DNA of 64,000 bases from Candidatus Omnitrophota bacterium (GCA_043812955.1 JBDRLN010000040.1:685-64684), one strand, 5' to 3'; positions 35,465 through 45,450 are shown, counted from the first letter of the stretch. Made by a program: numbers and translations. Notes: generated by a model not told the origin, from the letters alone.

Positions 35465-37002
35465 CCAGGGAAATTGTATTAATACTGGATTTCGGATCGC
35501 AGTATACGCAGTTAATCGCCAGGCGGGTAAGGGAGAACCGGGTTTTCTCTAAGATCGTTCCTTATAATATTTCAGCTAAAGAGATAGCCGCTAGCGCTCC
35601 TAAGGGGTTGATTTTATCGGGTGGGCCGGCATCGGTAGTGGTTAAAAAAAGCCCTCTGCCGGATAAGGGTATTTTTAAACTGGGTATACCGATTTTAGGC
35701 ATATGTTATGGTATGCAGGCTATTTCTCAAATGCTCGGCGGTAAAATCAGGCATACTAAGGATCGGGAATACGGAAAAATCGAATTATTTGTGGATGATA
35801 ACCGGATGCTTTTTGCCGGACTGCCGGGTAATCTTACCTGTTGGGCTAGCCACAGCGATTATGTGATTAAGCCGCCTCCTGGATTTAGAATTAGCGCGCA
35901 CAGCCTGAATTCTCCGGTTATGGCTATCGGCAATAAAGCGAAAAAGATATATGGAGTTCAATTTCACCCGGAAGTAACCCATACTGAGAAAGGCACCCAG
36001 TTATTAAGTAATTTTTTATTTAAAGTCTGTGATTGTACCGGCCGCTGGACTATGCGTTCATTTATTAAGGAGACTGTGGAGGGGATCAAAAAAACAGTTG
36101 GCAAAGATAAGGTAGTTTTAGGCTTAAGCGGCGGCGTAGATTCTTCCGTAGCCGCCGTACTAATGCACAGGGCAATAGGCAGGAATTCCCGCTGTATTTT
36201 TATTGATAATGGCTTAGTCCGCAAAGATGAAGCCCTGCAGATAAAGAATATTTTCCGCCAAGGTTTTCATCTTAACCTGGATTATGTGGACCGCAGCCGC
36301 AGGTTTTTAAACGCCCTTAAAGGAATAACTGATCCCGAAGAGAAAAGAAAAATAATCGGCAGGGAATTCGTTAAGGTTTTTGAGGAAGAGGCCAAAAAGG
36401 TCAGGGGTGTGAAATATTTAGCCCAGGGCACGCTTTATCCTGATGTCATTGAATCGATTTCCGCGACAGGTTCTCCTACCAGTAAGATAAAAAGCCACCA
36501 TAATGTCGGAGGGCTTCCGGAGCATATGCGTTTAAAGTTGATTGAGCCATTGCGGGATTTATTTAAGGATGAGGCCCGCCAGATTGCCAAAGAACTTGGC
36601 CTTCCGGAAAGCATAGTTTATCGTCAACCTTTTCCCGGGCCAGGCTTAGCCATCAGGATAATCGGAGAAGTGACTGATGAACGCCTGAAGATCTTGCGGG
36701 AAGTGGATAACCGGGTAATCGAAGAGATCAGGAAAGAGAATCTTTATAACCAGGTCTGGCAGTCATTCGCCATATTATTGCCGATTAAAACAGTCGGGGT
36801 TATGGGCGATGAGCGGACCTATGACTGTGTCGCGGCTATTCGCTGTGTATCCAGCGTTGACGGCATGACAGCTGACTGGGTTAAACTTCCCCATGAAGTA
36901 TTAGAGAAAATATCCAACCGGATAGTCAATGAAGTAAAGGGTATTAACCGCGTAGTCTACGATATAACCTCCAAGCCTCCGGCGACCATTGAGTGGGAAT
37001 AG
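35461..37002 (+). CDS. guaA: GMP synthase
   Basis: LDFGSQY, GICYGMQ, QFHPEV, SGGVDS, SKPPATIEWE. Confidence 0.97.
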   Translation: MTREIVLILDFGSQYTQLIARRVRENRVFSKIVPYNISAKEIAASAPKGLILSGGPASVVVKKSPLPDKGIFKLGIPILGICYGMQAISQMLGGKIRHTKDREYGKIELFVDDNRMLFAGLPGNLTCWASHSDYVIKPPPGFRISAHSLNSPVMAIGNKAKKIYGVQFHPEVTHTEKGTQLLSNFLFKVCDCTGRWTMRSFIKETVEGIKKTVGKDKVVLGLSGGVDSSVAAVLMHRAIGRNSRCIFIDNGLVRKDEALQIKNIFRQGFHLNLDYVDRSRRFLNALKGITDPEEKRKIIGREFVKVFEEEAKKVRGVKYLAQGTLYPDVIESISATGSPTSKIKSHHNVGGLPEHMRLKLIEPLRDLFKDEARQIAKELGLPESIVYRQPFPGPGLAIRIIGEVTDERLKILREVDNRVIEEIRKENLYNQVWQSFAILLPIKTVGVMGDERTYDCVAAIRCVSSVDGMTADWVKLPHEVLEKISNRIVNEVKGINRVVYDITSKPPATIEWE

Positions 37003-37004
37003 AT

Positions 37005-37193
37005 AAAGCGAAAAACGAAAAGCGTAAAGCGAAAAGTTGAAGTTAAAAGATTTCCCGCTTGGAATCTGATATTTGTAGGCGGGATCCCGTTTTGTGGCTT
37101 AAGCGTTGGACGGGAAAAACTTTTAGTTTTTCGCTTTCACTTTATTTTTTCGTTTTTCACTTTTAGCTTTGCGCTTTTAACTTTTAACTTTTC
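37005..37193. repeat. Inverted heptamer tracts with a twin-hairpin element at the centre
   Basis: AAAGCGA/AAAACGA/AAAGCGT.. versus TTTTCGC/TTTTAAC..; TCCCG..CGGGATCCCG..CGGGA at 37053-37115. Confidence 0.8.
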
Positions 37194-37195
37194 AG

Positions 37196-40100
37196 ATGCC
37201 TCACAGCGATTTTATCCACCTGCATTTACATACCCAATATAGCCTGCTGGACGGCGCCTGCCGCTTACCGGATTTATTAAATTTAGCCAAACAGTATAAG
37301 ATGGACTCACTGGCTATTACCGACCATGGTAATATGTTCGGGGCTATAGATTTTTATCTGGAAGCCTTAAAGCAAGGAGTCAAGCCTATAATCGGAGCTG
37401 AGGTTTATGTTGCGCCCAAGAGCCGTTTAGATAAAAGTAGTTCTAGAATTGAAGAGGCCGCTTTTCATTTAATATTATTAGCCAAAGACGAAACAGGTTA
37501 TAAAAATTTGGCTAAGCTTGTTTCTATAGGTTACCTGGAAGGATTTTATTACCGTCCCCGTATAGATAAAGATGTATTAAGCGTTTATCATGAAGGGCTT
37601 ATTGGTCTGACTGCCTGCCTTAAAGGGGAAGTACCGTCGCTATTACAGGAGGGAAGGTTTAATGACGCCTTAAAAACCGCTGATGAATACCTGAATATAT
37701 TAGGTAAGGATAATCTATACCTGGAGATACAGGTTAATAAGATACCTGAACAGGTAACAGTAAATCAAGGCTTGATTAGAATATCCCGCGAACTTAAAAT
37801 TCCCTTAGTAGCTACTAATGACGTGCATTATCTTCAGAAATCTCATGCCCGGGCCCACGAAGCCCTATTGTGTATTCAGACCCAAAATACATTGGATAAT
37901 CCTAATAGGATGCGTTTTCAGACCGATGAATTTTATTTTAAATCGCCGGAGGAGATGAAAGAACTTTTTAAGGAAGTGCCTGAGGCAATCGCCAATACCT
38001 TAGAAATTGCCCGGCGCTGTAATTTAGAATTGGATTTTAATCAGATTCACCTGCCTAAATATGAGCCTCCACTAAATTCAACCAAAGATGGTTTTTTAAG
38101 GCAGCTCTGCGAAAAAGGCTTAACCCAGAAGTATCCTGACGCAGATGCCCAGATAAAAGAAAGACTGGAGCATGAATTAAAAGTTATTAAGGATATGGGT
38201 TTTACCAGCTACTTTCTGATTGTGTGGGATTTTATTCATTATGCCAAGAGTCATCAGATACCTGTCGGCCCGGGCAGGGGCTCAGCTGCCGGAAGCATAG
38301 TCAGTTACTTATTAGGGATAACTGATATCGATCCTTTAAAATATAAGTTATTATTTGAACGCTTTCTTAATCCTGAAAGGACGGGCTTGCCGGATATAGA
38401 TATAGATTTCTGTTATGAGAGGCGGCAGGAGGTTATTGATTATGTAACTAAAAAATACGGACAGGAGAACGTAGCCCAGATTATTACTTTCGGAACCATG
38501 CAGGCCAGGGCAGTAGTCAGGGATGTGGGCAGGGTTATGGGGATAGCCTACGCTGATGTGGACCGGATCGCAAAAATGATACCTCCTGATGCGTCAATTA
38601 ATCTCAAAGATGCTTTAGAGGCAGAGCCGCAATTAAAGAACCTTTATAAAAATGACCCCCAGATAACCAAACTAATCGATATAGCTTTGATATTGGAAGG
38701 GCTTAACCGGCATGCTTCTATTCATGCCGCTGGCGTGGTGATTGCGGATAAACCCCTTAATGAATATATGCCTTTATTTAAAAGTCAGGATGATCAGATC
38801 ACTAGCGGTTATGGGATGAAAGTTCTGGAAAAAATAGGTTTATTAAAAGTTGATTTTCTGGGTTTAAGGACATTAACCGTAATAGACCAAGCTATAAAAA
38901 TAATCAAAGAAACCAAGGGTTTAGATATTGATATCGAGAAGATTTCGCTGGATGATGCCAAGACGTATAATTTGCTTTCAACGGCTCAGACTATCGGAGT
39001 ATTCCAGGTAGAAAGTTCCGGGATGCGGGACTTATTAAAGAAGATGGAGCCGGAGGAATTTGAGGATTTGATTGCTCTTTTAGCTTTATATCGTCCGGGG
39101 CCTATGGGCTCAGGGATGCTTAGCGATTTTATCCAGCGCAAGAGGAATAAAACTCCTATTAGATATGATAATAAAAGGTTAGAGCCGATTCTAAAATCTA
39201 CTTACGGGATTATGGTTTATCAGGAACAGATTATGCAGATTGCTTCGAGCCTGGCAGGTTTTACCCTGGCTCAGGCTGACCTTTTGCGCCGGGCAATGAG
39301 CAAGAAGATTCCTGAAGTTATGGAGCAACAGAGAAAGAGTTTTGTAGTCGGCGCTCTTAAACAGGGGGTAAGCGAGGCTGTGGCTTCTAAAATATTCGAT
39401 CAGATTGAGTTTTTTTCGGGATACGGGTTTAACCGCAGCCATAGCGCAGCCTATGCCTTAATATCTTTTCGTACTGCTTTTCTTAAGGCAAATTATCCGG
39501 TGGAATTTATGTGCGCTCTTTTGACCTCAGAACGCGATAATACCGATAAGATCGTGGAATATATAAATGAATCCGAACGCATGGGCATAGAGATTCTTTC
39601 CCCGGATATTAATGAAAGTGCGGCTTTATTTAAGGTAGTGGATGATAACAAAATAAGGTTTGGGTTGTTAGCTATAAAAAATCTGGGAAGAGGCGCGATA
39701 GATTCTATAATCTCTAACCGGGATAAAGGCGGAAATTTTACTTCTTTAGAAGATTTATGCCAGAGAGTTGATTTAAGGCTGGTTAATCATAAGGTCCTGG
39801 AGAGCCTGATAAAGTGCGGAGCGCTAGATTGTTTTAGGGTGCATCGCGCACAGATGTTTGTTTCTCTGGATAAGATATTGGAATTTTCTTCAAATGCCCA
39901 GAAGGATAAGGCTAAGGGCCAGATTTCATTCTTTGATAATGAACAAAGCGGCAACGGATTCAGCGATAAGTCTGTAGCCTCAACGCTATTGATCAAAGAA
40001 TGGCCTGAACCGCAGTTATTGGCTTTTGAAAAAGAAATGCTGGGTTTTTATATCAGCGGCCACCCGCTAGCCCGCTATGCCAGGCAATTAAAACGTTTTA

Positions 40101-40636
40101 CCGCACTTTCCATTAAAGACCTTAACCAGTGTAAAGATGAAGAGATGATAAAAATAGTCGGGATGATCACCAAGGTTAAGCATACTACTACCAGGCTCAA
40201 ACAGGAGAAGATGGCTATTTTGAAACTGGAGGATTTAGGCGGTATAGTTGAGGTCTTGGTTTTTCCGCAGGCATTTCAGAAGGTCTCTCGCTATATACAG
40301 CCTAATCTGGTGGTATTGGTAAAGGGGAGGCTTAATTTAAAGGAAGATGTACCTAAGATCATAGTTAATGATATGTTTCCTATGGATGAAATCTATAAAT
40401 TGATCACAACAGTTAATATCAATCTTACCAGTATGAGGGAGAATCTATTTGAAAGCCTCAAAGAATTATTAGGAACTTCCTCCGGGCGGATTCCGGTTTA
40501 TTTGCATCTGGATACTCCGGCTAAATCCCGGGTAAAAGTAATCGTAGGCGATAATCTTTTTGTCTCGCCTTCTGAGAAATTGATCGAGGATATTACTAAC
40601 CTTTTGGGAGAGGATAGGTTATCCCTAATCATTTAA
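37196..40636 (+). CDS. dnaE: DNA polymerase III alpha subunit
   Basis: PHP HLHLHTQYS, GRGSAAGS, PDIDIDF, YGFNRSH; no intein evident. Confidence 0.97.
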   Translation: MPHSDFIHLHLHTQYSLLDGACRLPDLLNLAKQYKMDSLAITDHGNMFGAIDFYLEALKQGVKPIIGAEVYVAPKSRLDKSSSRIEEAAFHLILLAKDETGYKNLAKLVSIGYLEGFYYRPRIDKDVLSVYHEGLIGLTACLKGEVPSLLQEGRFNDALKTADEYLNILGKDNLYLEIQVNKIPEQVTVNQGLIRISRELKIPLVATNDVHYLQKSHARAHEALLCIQTQNTLDNPNRMRFQTDEFYFKSPEEMKELFKEVPEAIANTLEIARRCNLELDFNQIHLPKYEPPLNSTKDGFLRQLCEKGLTQKYPDADAQIKERLEHELKVIKDMGFTSYFLIVWDFIHYAKSHQIPVGPGRGSAAGSIVSYLLGITDIDPLKYKLLFERFLNPERTGLPDIDIDFCYERRQEVIDYVTKKYGQENVAQIITFGTMQARAVVRDVGRVMGIAYADVDRIAKMIPPDASINLKDALEAEPQLKNLYKNDPQITKLIDIALILEGLNRHASIHAAGVVIADKPLNEYMPLFKSQDDQITSGYGMKVLEKIGLLKVDFLGLRTLTVIDQAIKIIKETKGLDIDIEKISLDDAKTYNLLSTAQTIGVFQVESSGMRDLLKKMEPEEFEDLIALLALYRPGPMGSGMLSDFIQRKRNKTPIRYDNKRLEPILKSTYGIMVYQEQIMQIASSLAGFTLAQADLLRRAMSKKIPEVMEQQRKSFVVGALKQGVSEAVASKIFDQIEFFSGYGFNRSHSAAYALISFRTAFLKANYPVEFMCALLTSERDNTDKIVEYINESERMGIEILSPDINESAALFKVVDDNKIRFGLLAIKNLGRGAIDSIISNRDKGGNFTSLEDLCQRVDLRLVNHKVLESLIKCGALDCFRVHRAQMFVSLDKILEFSSNAQKDKAKGQISFFDNEQSGNGFSDKSVASTLLIKEWPEPQLLAFEKEMLGFYISGHPLARYARQLKRFTALSIKDLNQCKDEEMIKIVGMITKVKHTTTRLKQEKMAILKLEDLGGIVEVLVFPQAFQKVSRYIQPNLVVLVKGRLNLKEDVPKIIVNDMFPMDEIYKLITTVNINLTSMRENLFESLKELLGTSSGRIPVYLHLDTPAKSRVKVIVGDNLFVSPSEKLIEDITNLLGEDRLSLII

Positions 40637-40641
40637 ATGCA

Positions 40642-40716
40642 GGGACGGTTATTAAAGACATAAGCTAAAGTGTCCCCTAAAAGGGGACACTTTAAGATCA
40701 GTTTCAGAACCGTCCC
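40642..40716. repeat. Composite GGGACGGTT/GGGGACAC nested palindrome
   Basis: Outer GGGACGGTT/AACCGTCCC, inner TAAAGTGTCCCCT/AGGGGACACTTTA; inverted copy at 55867. Confidence 0.85.
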
Positions 40717-40791
40717 GGAGTTATAATAACCTGTTGCTGTATATAAAGTTTTGCTAAAAGTGCCGTAAAATAAAAATAATTCGGTTTTTAT

Positions 40792-40820
40792 TTGACGTTT
40801 GCTGCTTTTTGTGCTATATT
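40792..40820 (+). promoter_or_regulatory. Promoter for HU/IHF-hisS-aspS
   Basis: TTGACG-N17-TATATT with TG extension. Confidence 0.55.
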
Positions 40821-40895
40821 AAGTTCATTAATTATACCTGATTATTAATCTAACGTTTTGTTAATATTATAGTTACATATTGGAGGAGGTGAATA

Positions 40896-41168
40896 ATGAC
40901 AAAAAAGGATATTATTCTCAAAATCTCTGACGACACAAGTTTAAAACAGACTGATGTCAAAAGAGTGGTCCAAAAGGCATTTGACTTCATGATTGAGGCT
41001 TTGGTTAGGGGGGAGAAGATAGAGCTGCGTAATTTTGGCGTTTTTAAGATCAAAGAACGTAAAAGCAGGACCGGACGAAATCCCCGGACCGGTGAGGTAG
41101 TGCCAGTCCCTCCGAGAAAGGTAGCAGTTTTTAAACCGGGCCTAGAGATGAAGATGAAGATAAGATAA
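40896..41168 (+). CDS. HU/IHF family DNA-binding protein
   Basis: IELRNFGVF, RTGRNPRTGE, FKPG. Confidence 0.93.
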   Translation: MTKKDIILKISDDTSLKQTDVKRVVQKAFDFMIEALVRGEKIELRNFGVFKIKERKSRTGRNPRTGEVVPVPPRKVAVFKPGLEMKMKIR

Positions 41169-41178
41169 GTTGTGGAAT

Positions 41179-42429
41179 ATGTTCAAGAAAGTACCCGGTA
41201 CTAAGGATATCTTGCCAGGTGAAATAGCCTGGTGGTTAAAAATAGAAGAGTCAAGCCGCAGGATTTTCTCGCTGTATAATTATCAAGAGATACGCCCGCC
41301 ATTGATTGAAGATGTTGGTTTATTTAACCGCTCTTTAGGTGAATCCGCTGAGATAGTTCAGAAGCAGATGTTTTTAATCAGGAATAACCAGGATACCTAT
41401 GCCTTAAGGCCCGAAGGTACAGCATCAATAGTCAGGGCCTACCTGGAAAATAACTTAGATAAGACAAATAGTTTTAGCAAATTATATTACACGGGTGCGA
41501 TGTTTCGTTTGGAAAGGCCGCAAAAAGGAAGGTTGCGGCAATTCCATCATTTAGGCTGCGAAGTGATCGGTTCTTATCAGCCGCAGGTTGATGCGGAAGT
41601 AATATCCTTAGGCGATAGGATTTTAAAAGAAAGCGGGATAAAAGGTTATAGAATTAAGATAAATACGTTAGGTTGCAGCCAGGATAAAAAAGAATTATCA
41701 TCTAGTTTGAGAAAGGGCCTTAAAGATAAACTAGGGCAACTGTGCCGGGAGTGCCTGGTTCGTTATGAACGTAATATTCTCAGGGTATTAGATTGTAAAA
41801 ACGAGAGTTGCCGGGAAGTTGTCCGTAGTTTAAACCTTTCCAGTAGTCATATCTGCAAGGAATGCGCTGACCATTTTAAGCAGGTCAGGGAGGTTTTAGA
41901 TTCATTAAAAATTAATTATGAAGTTTCTCCTTACTTAGTCAGGGGATTAGATTATTACACCCGAACGGTTTTTGAATTTGTGCATCCGGATTTAGGGCCT
42001 CAGCAGGATGCCCTGGGCGCCGGCGGGAGATATGATAATTTAGTCAAAAATTTAGGCGGGCCGGAAAAGGGGGCTGTAGGATTTGCTTTTGGCCTGGAAA
42101 GGCTGGCCTTAATTCATCAGACACCAGGACACCAGGACACCGGGACACCGGGTAATTTAGTCTATATCGTAACTATGGGAGAAGCGGCTAAGAAAGAGGG
42201 GACTAAATTGCTGGATTATTTACGCCTGTCCGGGATTTGCGCTGATACTGATTATGAAGGCCGGACTTTAAAGGGGGCGATGCGCCTGGCAAATGATCTA
42301 AAGGCAAAATTTGTTATAATAATCGGCGACGACGAACTCAAGAAGAACGTGGTAACTTTAAAAAATATGTCTTCGGGGGAGCAGAGAGAGGTCAAATCAG
42401 AAGACTTGTTAGGGGAATTAAAATGTTAA
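41179..42429 (+). CDS. hisS: Histidine-tRNA ligase
   Basis: LRPEGTA, ERPQKGRLRQF, VRGLDYY, GGRYD, GLER. Confidence 0.96.
   Translation: MFKKVPGTKDILPGEIAWWLKIEESSRRIFSLYNYQEIRPPLIEDVGLFNRSLGESAEIVQKQMFLIRNNQDTYALRPEGTASIVRAYLENNLDKTNSFSKLYYTGAMFRLERPQKGRLRQFHHLGCEVIGSYQPQVDAEVISLGDRILKESGIKGYRIKINTLGCSQDKKELSSSLRKGLKDKLGQLCRECLVRYERNILRVLDCKNESCREVVRSLNLSSSHICKECADHFKQVREVLDSLKINYEVSPYLVRGLDYYTRTVFEFVHPDLGPQQDALGAGGRYDNLVKNLGGPEKGAVGFAFGLERLALIHQTPGHQDTGTPGNLVYIVTMGEAAKKEGTKLLDYLRLSGICADTDYEGRTLKGAMRLANDLKAKFVIIIGDDELKKNVVTLKNMSSGEQREVKSEDLLGELKC
42120..42151 (+). repeat. (GACACCRG)x4 octamer tract in hisS linker
   Basis: GACACCAG GACACCAG GACACCGG GACACCGG. Confidence 0.8.
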
Positions 42430-43808
42430 GGACGCATACTTGTTCAGAATTGAAAGCTATAGATGTGGGAAAAGAGGTTACCCTTTGCGGGTGGGTAGGG
42501 GCCAGGCGGGATCACGGCAAGCTTATATTTATTGATTTAAGGGATCGCAGCGGTATTACTCAAATTGTCTTTATACCCAAAGAATCAGGAGATGCTTATC
42601 AAAAGGCCCAGGAACTAAGAGATGAATTTGTCCTTAAGATAAAAGGGGTTGTTAATAAAAGGCCGGCTAATAACTTAAACCAAAAAATTCCATCCGGAGA
42701 GATAGAGGTTATTGTCCGGGATCTGGAAATTTTAAATCCCAGCCTTACTCCTCCTTTTGAGATCAAGGATGATCTGGAGGTAACTGAAGAGATGCGCCTT
42801 AAATACCGTTATCTTGATCTCCGGCGCAGGAAGGCACTGAATAATTTTGTTTTAAGGCCGAAGATGTATAAAATTATCCGCTCTTTTCTGGATTCCTTAG
42901 GATTTCTGGAATCGGAAACTCCGATTTTGACTAAATCTACTCCTGAAGGGGCCAGGGATTATTTGGTTCCTTCGCGGCTTAATCCCGGTCAGTTCTACGC
43001 CTTGCCCCAGTCGCCGCAGTTGTTTAAGCAGATATTGATGGTTTCCGGAATCGAGAAATATTATCAGATCGCCAAATGTTTCCGAGACGAGGACTTACGC
43101 TCTGACCGCCAACCGGAATTCACCCAGCTGGACCTGGAGATGTCTTTTATCCAGGAAGAGGATATCTTCTCTATTTTTGAGCAGATGATGCAACTGATAT
43201 TTAAAGAGCTAAAAAATATTGATATTAAGATTCCCTTTCCCCGCTTAAATTACAAAGACGTTCAGGAAAAATACTCGAGCGATAAGCCGGATTTGAGAAA
43301 AGAATTAAACCGAGATTTTGCTTTTGTCTGGGTAATAGATTTTCCTCTATTTAAATATAATCCGCAGGAAAAGCGCTGGGAGAGCGAGCACCATCCTTTT
43401 ACCGCCCCGGTTGACGCGGACATTGAAATATTGGAGAAGTCGCCGGATAAGGTAAAATCCCGTTCTTACGATTTAGTCTTAAACGGAATGGAGATAGGTT
43501 CAGGATCGATCAGGATCCATAACCCGAAACTCCAAGAGAGGATTTTCAATATTATAGGCCTAGACCGGGAAGATGCTTATAAACGGTTTGGATTTCTTTT
43601 AGAGGCTTTTCAATACGGGGCCCCGCCTCACGGAGGATTTGCTTTTGGTATTGACAGGTTATTGGCGATTTTAGCGGGTGAAGATAGTATCCGAGAGGTG
43701 ATTGCTTTTCCTAAAACTCAAAAGGCATTTTGCCCGCTTACCAATGCGCCTTCAAACGTTGATAAAAAACAATTAAGAGAATTAGGTATTGATATTAAAA
43801 AAGGTTAA
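42423..43808 (+). CDS. aspS: Aspartate-tRNA ligase, short form without GAD insertion
   Basis: RTHTC, RDHG, LPQSPQLFKQ, FRDED..DRQPEFTQ, PPHGG. Confidence 0.95.
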   Translation: MLRTHTCSELKAIDVGKEVTLCGWVGARRDHGKLIFIDLRDRSGITQIVFIPKESGDAYQKAQELRDEFVLKIKGVVNKRPANNLNQKIPSGEIEVIVRDLEILNPSLTPPFEIKDDLEVTEEMRLKYRYLDLRRRKALNNFVLRPKMYKIIRSFLDSLGFLESETPILTKSTPEGARDYLVPSRLNPGQFYALPQSPQLFKQILMVSGIEKYYQIAKCFRDEDLRSDRQPEFTQLDLEMSFIQEEDIFSIFEQMMQLIFKELKNIDIKIPFPRLNYKDVQEKYSSDKPDLRKELNRDFAFVWVIDFPLFKYNPQEKRWESEHHPFTAPVDADIEILEKSPDKVKSRSYDLVLNGMEIGSGSIRIHNPKLQERIFNIIGLDREDAYKRFGFLLEAFQYGAPPHGGFAFGIDRLLAILAGEDSIREVIAFPKTQKAFCPLTNAPSNVDKKQLRELGIDIKKG

Positions 43809-43840
43809 AAATGTTAAGAAGGTTAAAGAGGGAGGAAAGA

Positions 43841-44404
43841 ATGGGTCCTAAAAATGCAATTTCATTAGTTTTTCTATTTTTTGTTTTTATATTGTCGGGA
43901 TGCGCGACCAGAACTTATCAGGTAATCCGGGATAGGGTTGATCAGGATCTTCAGGGTAACCGGGGCTGTTTGCAGGGAAAGTGTGTACAGGAAGAAAAAG
44001 CGAGGGAAAAGACCCGCACTGTTCAGGTAGTGGAAATAGAGATTCCGTATTTATTCGGCAAAAATAAATCAACCTCTAAAATAAAACCCCAGGAGACTTT
44101 GATTAAAGACGCTGCTTCTCAAAAGACGCCTAATGTTGTCGATGTTGGTTTGGTAGAGCCTAAACCAGTTCCGGAAGTGAAGTTTGAGAAATATACGGTT
44201 TTAAAGGATGATACCCTGCAGAAGATTTCGGAAAAATTCTACGGTTCTTCCGGAGGTTGGAATAAAATCTATCAAGCTAATAAAGCTGTTCTTAAGTCTC
44301 CGGACAGGCTTTATCCTGGGCAGTCAATAGATATTCCTATAGAATTGGGAAAACCCGCTAAATCAACTTCAGAAAATAAAGAAGTCAAGGATAATATTAA
44401 ATAG
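43841..44404 (+). CDS. LysM-domain lipoprotein
   Basis: LSGC lipobox; YTVLKDDTLQKIS..YG..W..IY.AN..PD.LYPGQ. Confidence 0.85.
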   Translation: MGPKNAISLVFLFFVFILSGCATRTYQVIRDRVDQDLQGNRGCLQGKCVQEEKAREKTRTVQVVEIEIPYLFGKNKSTSKIKPQETLIKDAASQKTPNVVDVGLVEPKPVPEVKFEKYTVLKDDTLQKISEKFYGSSGGWNKIYQANKAVLKSPDRLYPGQSIDIPIELGKPAKSTSENKEVKDNIK

Positions 44405-44413
44405 CAATGGGAG

Positions 44414-44477
44414 AAATGGGGTCAGAATTATTTTTTCAAGTATTTAGACTAAAGAAAAAATAATTCTGATCCCATTT
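44414..44477. repeat. Empty GGGGTCAGAATTAT TIR pair
   Basis: AAATGGGGTCAGAATTATTTTTTC / GAAAAAATAATTCTGATCCCATTT, one mismatch. Confidence 0.85.
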
Positions 44478-44484
44478 ACAGAGC

Positions 44485-45450
44485 ATGGAAGATATAATTA
44501 AGCTGGATAATTTATCTGCGGCCCAGGCGCTTTTCGGGCTTCATGATGAGAATATCCGGGCTATTGAGAGGGAATTCAAGGTTAGCCTTCATTTACATGG
44601 GGACCGATTAAAAATCAAGGGCCGGATTAATAATGTCAAAAAGGCGGCTGTCCTAATCAGTAGTATTTTAAATACCATCCGCCTTCAGGGAGACCAGTCA
44701 AAGGCTAAATCAGATATTTATTCCTTGATTAAAGAATCAAGGCAAAATAAGAGCACAGTAGCTTTTAATTCGGGCGCTAAGGCGATAAATAATATCCGCC
44801 CTTCTTCGCTAAGGCCCATAGAGCCTAAAACTAAGGGGCAGAGGGAATACGCAGAGGCAATCAGAAAATATGATATTGTATTCGGTATTGGACCGGCAGG
44901 AACAGGCAAGACTTATCTGGCAATGGCTAGCGCCGTAGAGTCTTTAAAAAATCAGGAGGTCCGCCGGATTATCCTTACCCGTCCGGCAATTGAAGCCGGA
45001 GAATCTCTGGGATTTTTACCCGGAGATATTTACGAAAAGATCTCTCCTTATCTGCGCCCGCTCTATGACGCTTTATATGATATGATGGATGCGGAGCGGA
45101 TTGAAAAATATATTGAAACCGGTATCATAGAAGTTGCGCCCCTGGCTTATATGCGGGGCAGGACCTTAAACGACGCCTTTATTATCCTGGATGAGGCTCA
45201 GAATTCCACAGCTGAACAGATGAAGATGTTTTTAACCCGTTTGGGGTTTGATTCCAAGGTAGTTATTACCGGGGATATAACCCAGAGTGATTTACCGGGC
45301 GGCAGGCCTATAGGCCTACTTCAGGCCCAGCAGATACTTAAGGATATCGAGGGGATAAAAATAGTAAAGTTTAGCAGAACTGACGTTGTCCGGCATGAAC
45401 TTGTGCAAAAGATTATTGAGGCCTATGAAAAAGCCAGTAGCGACAATTAA
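44485..45450 (+). CDS. phoH: PhoH family ATPase
   Basis: GPAGTGKT, LGFLPGD, YMRGRTL, LDEAQN, GDITQ.D. Confidence 0.95.
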   Translation: MEDIIKLDNLSAAQALFGLHDENIRAIEREFKVSLHLHGDRLKIKGRINNVKKAAVLISSILNTIRLQGDQSKAKSDIYSLIKESRQNKSTVAFNSGAKAINNIRPSSLRPIEPKTKGQREYAEAIRKYDIVFGIGPAGTGKTYLAMASAVESLKNQEVRRIILTRPAIEAGESLGFLPGDIYEKISPYLRPLYDALYDMMDAERIEKYIETGIIEVAPLAYMRGRTLNDAFIILDEAQNSTAEQMKMFLTRLGFDSKVVITGDITQSDLPGGRPIGLLQAQQILKDIEGIKIVKFSRTDVVRHELVQKIIEAYEKASSDN

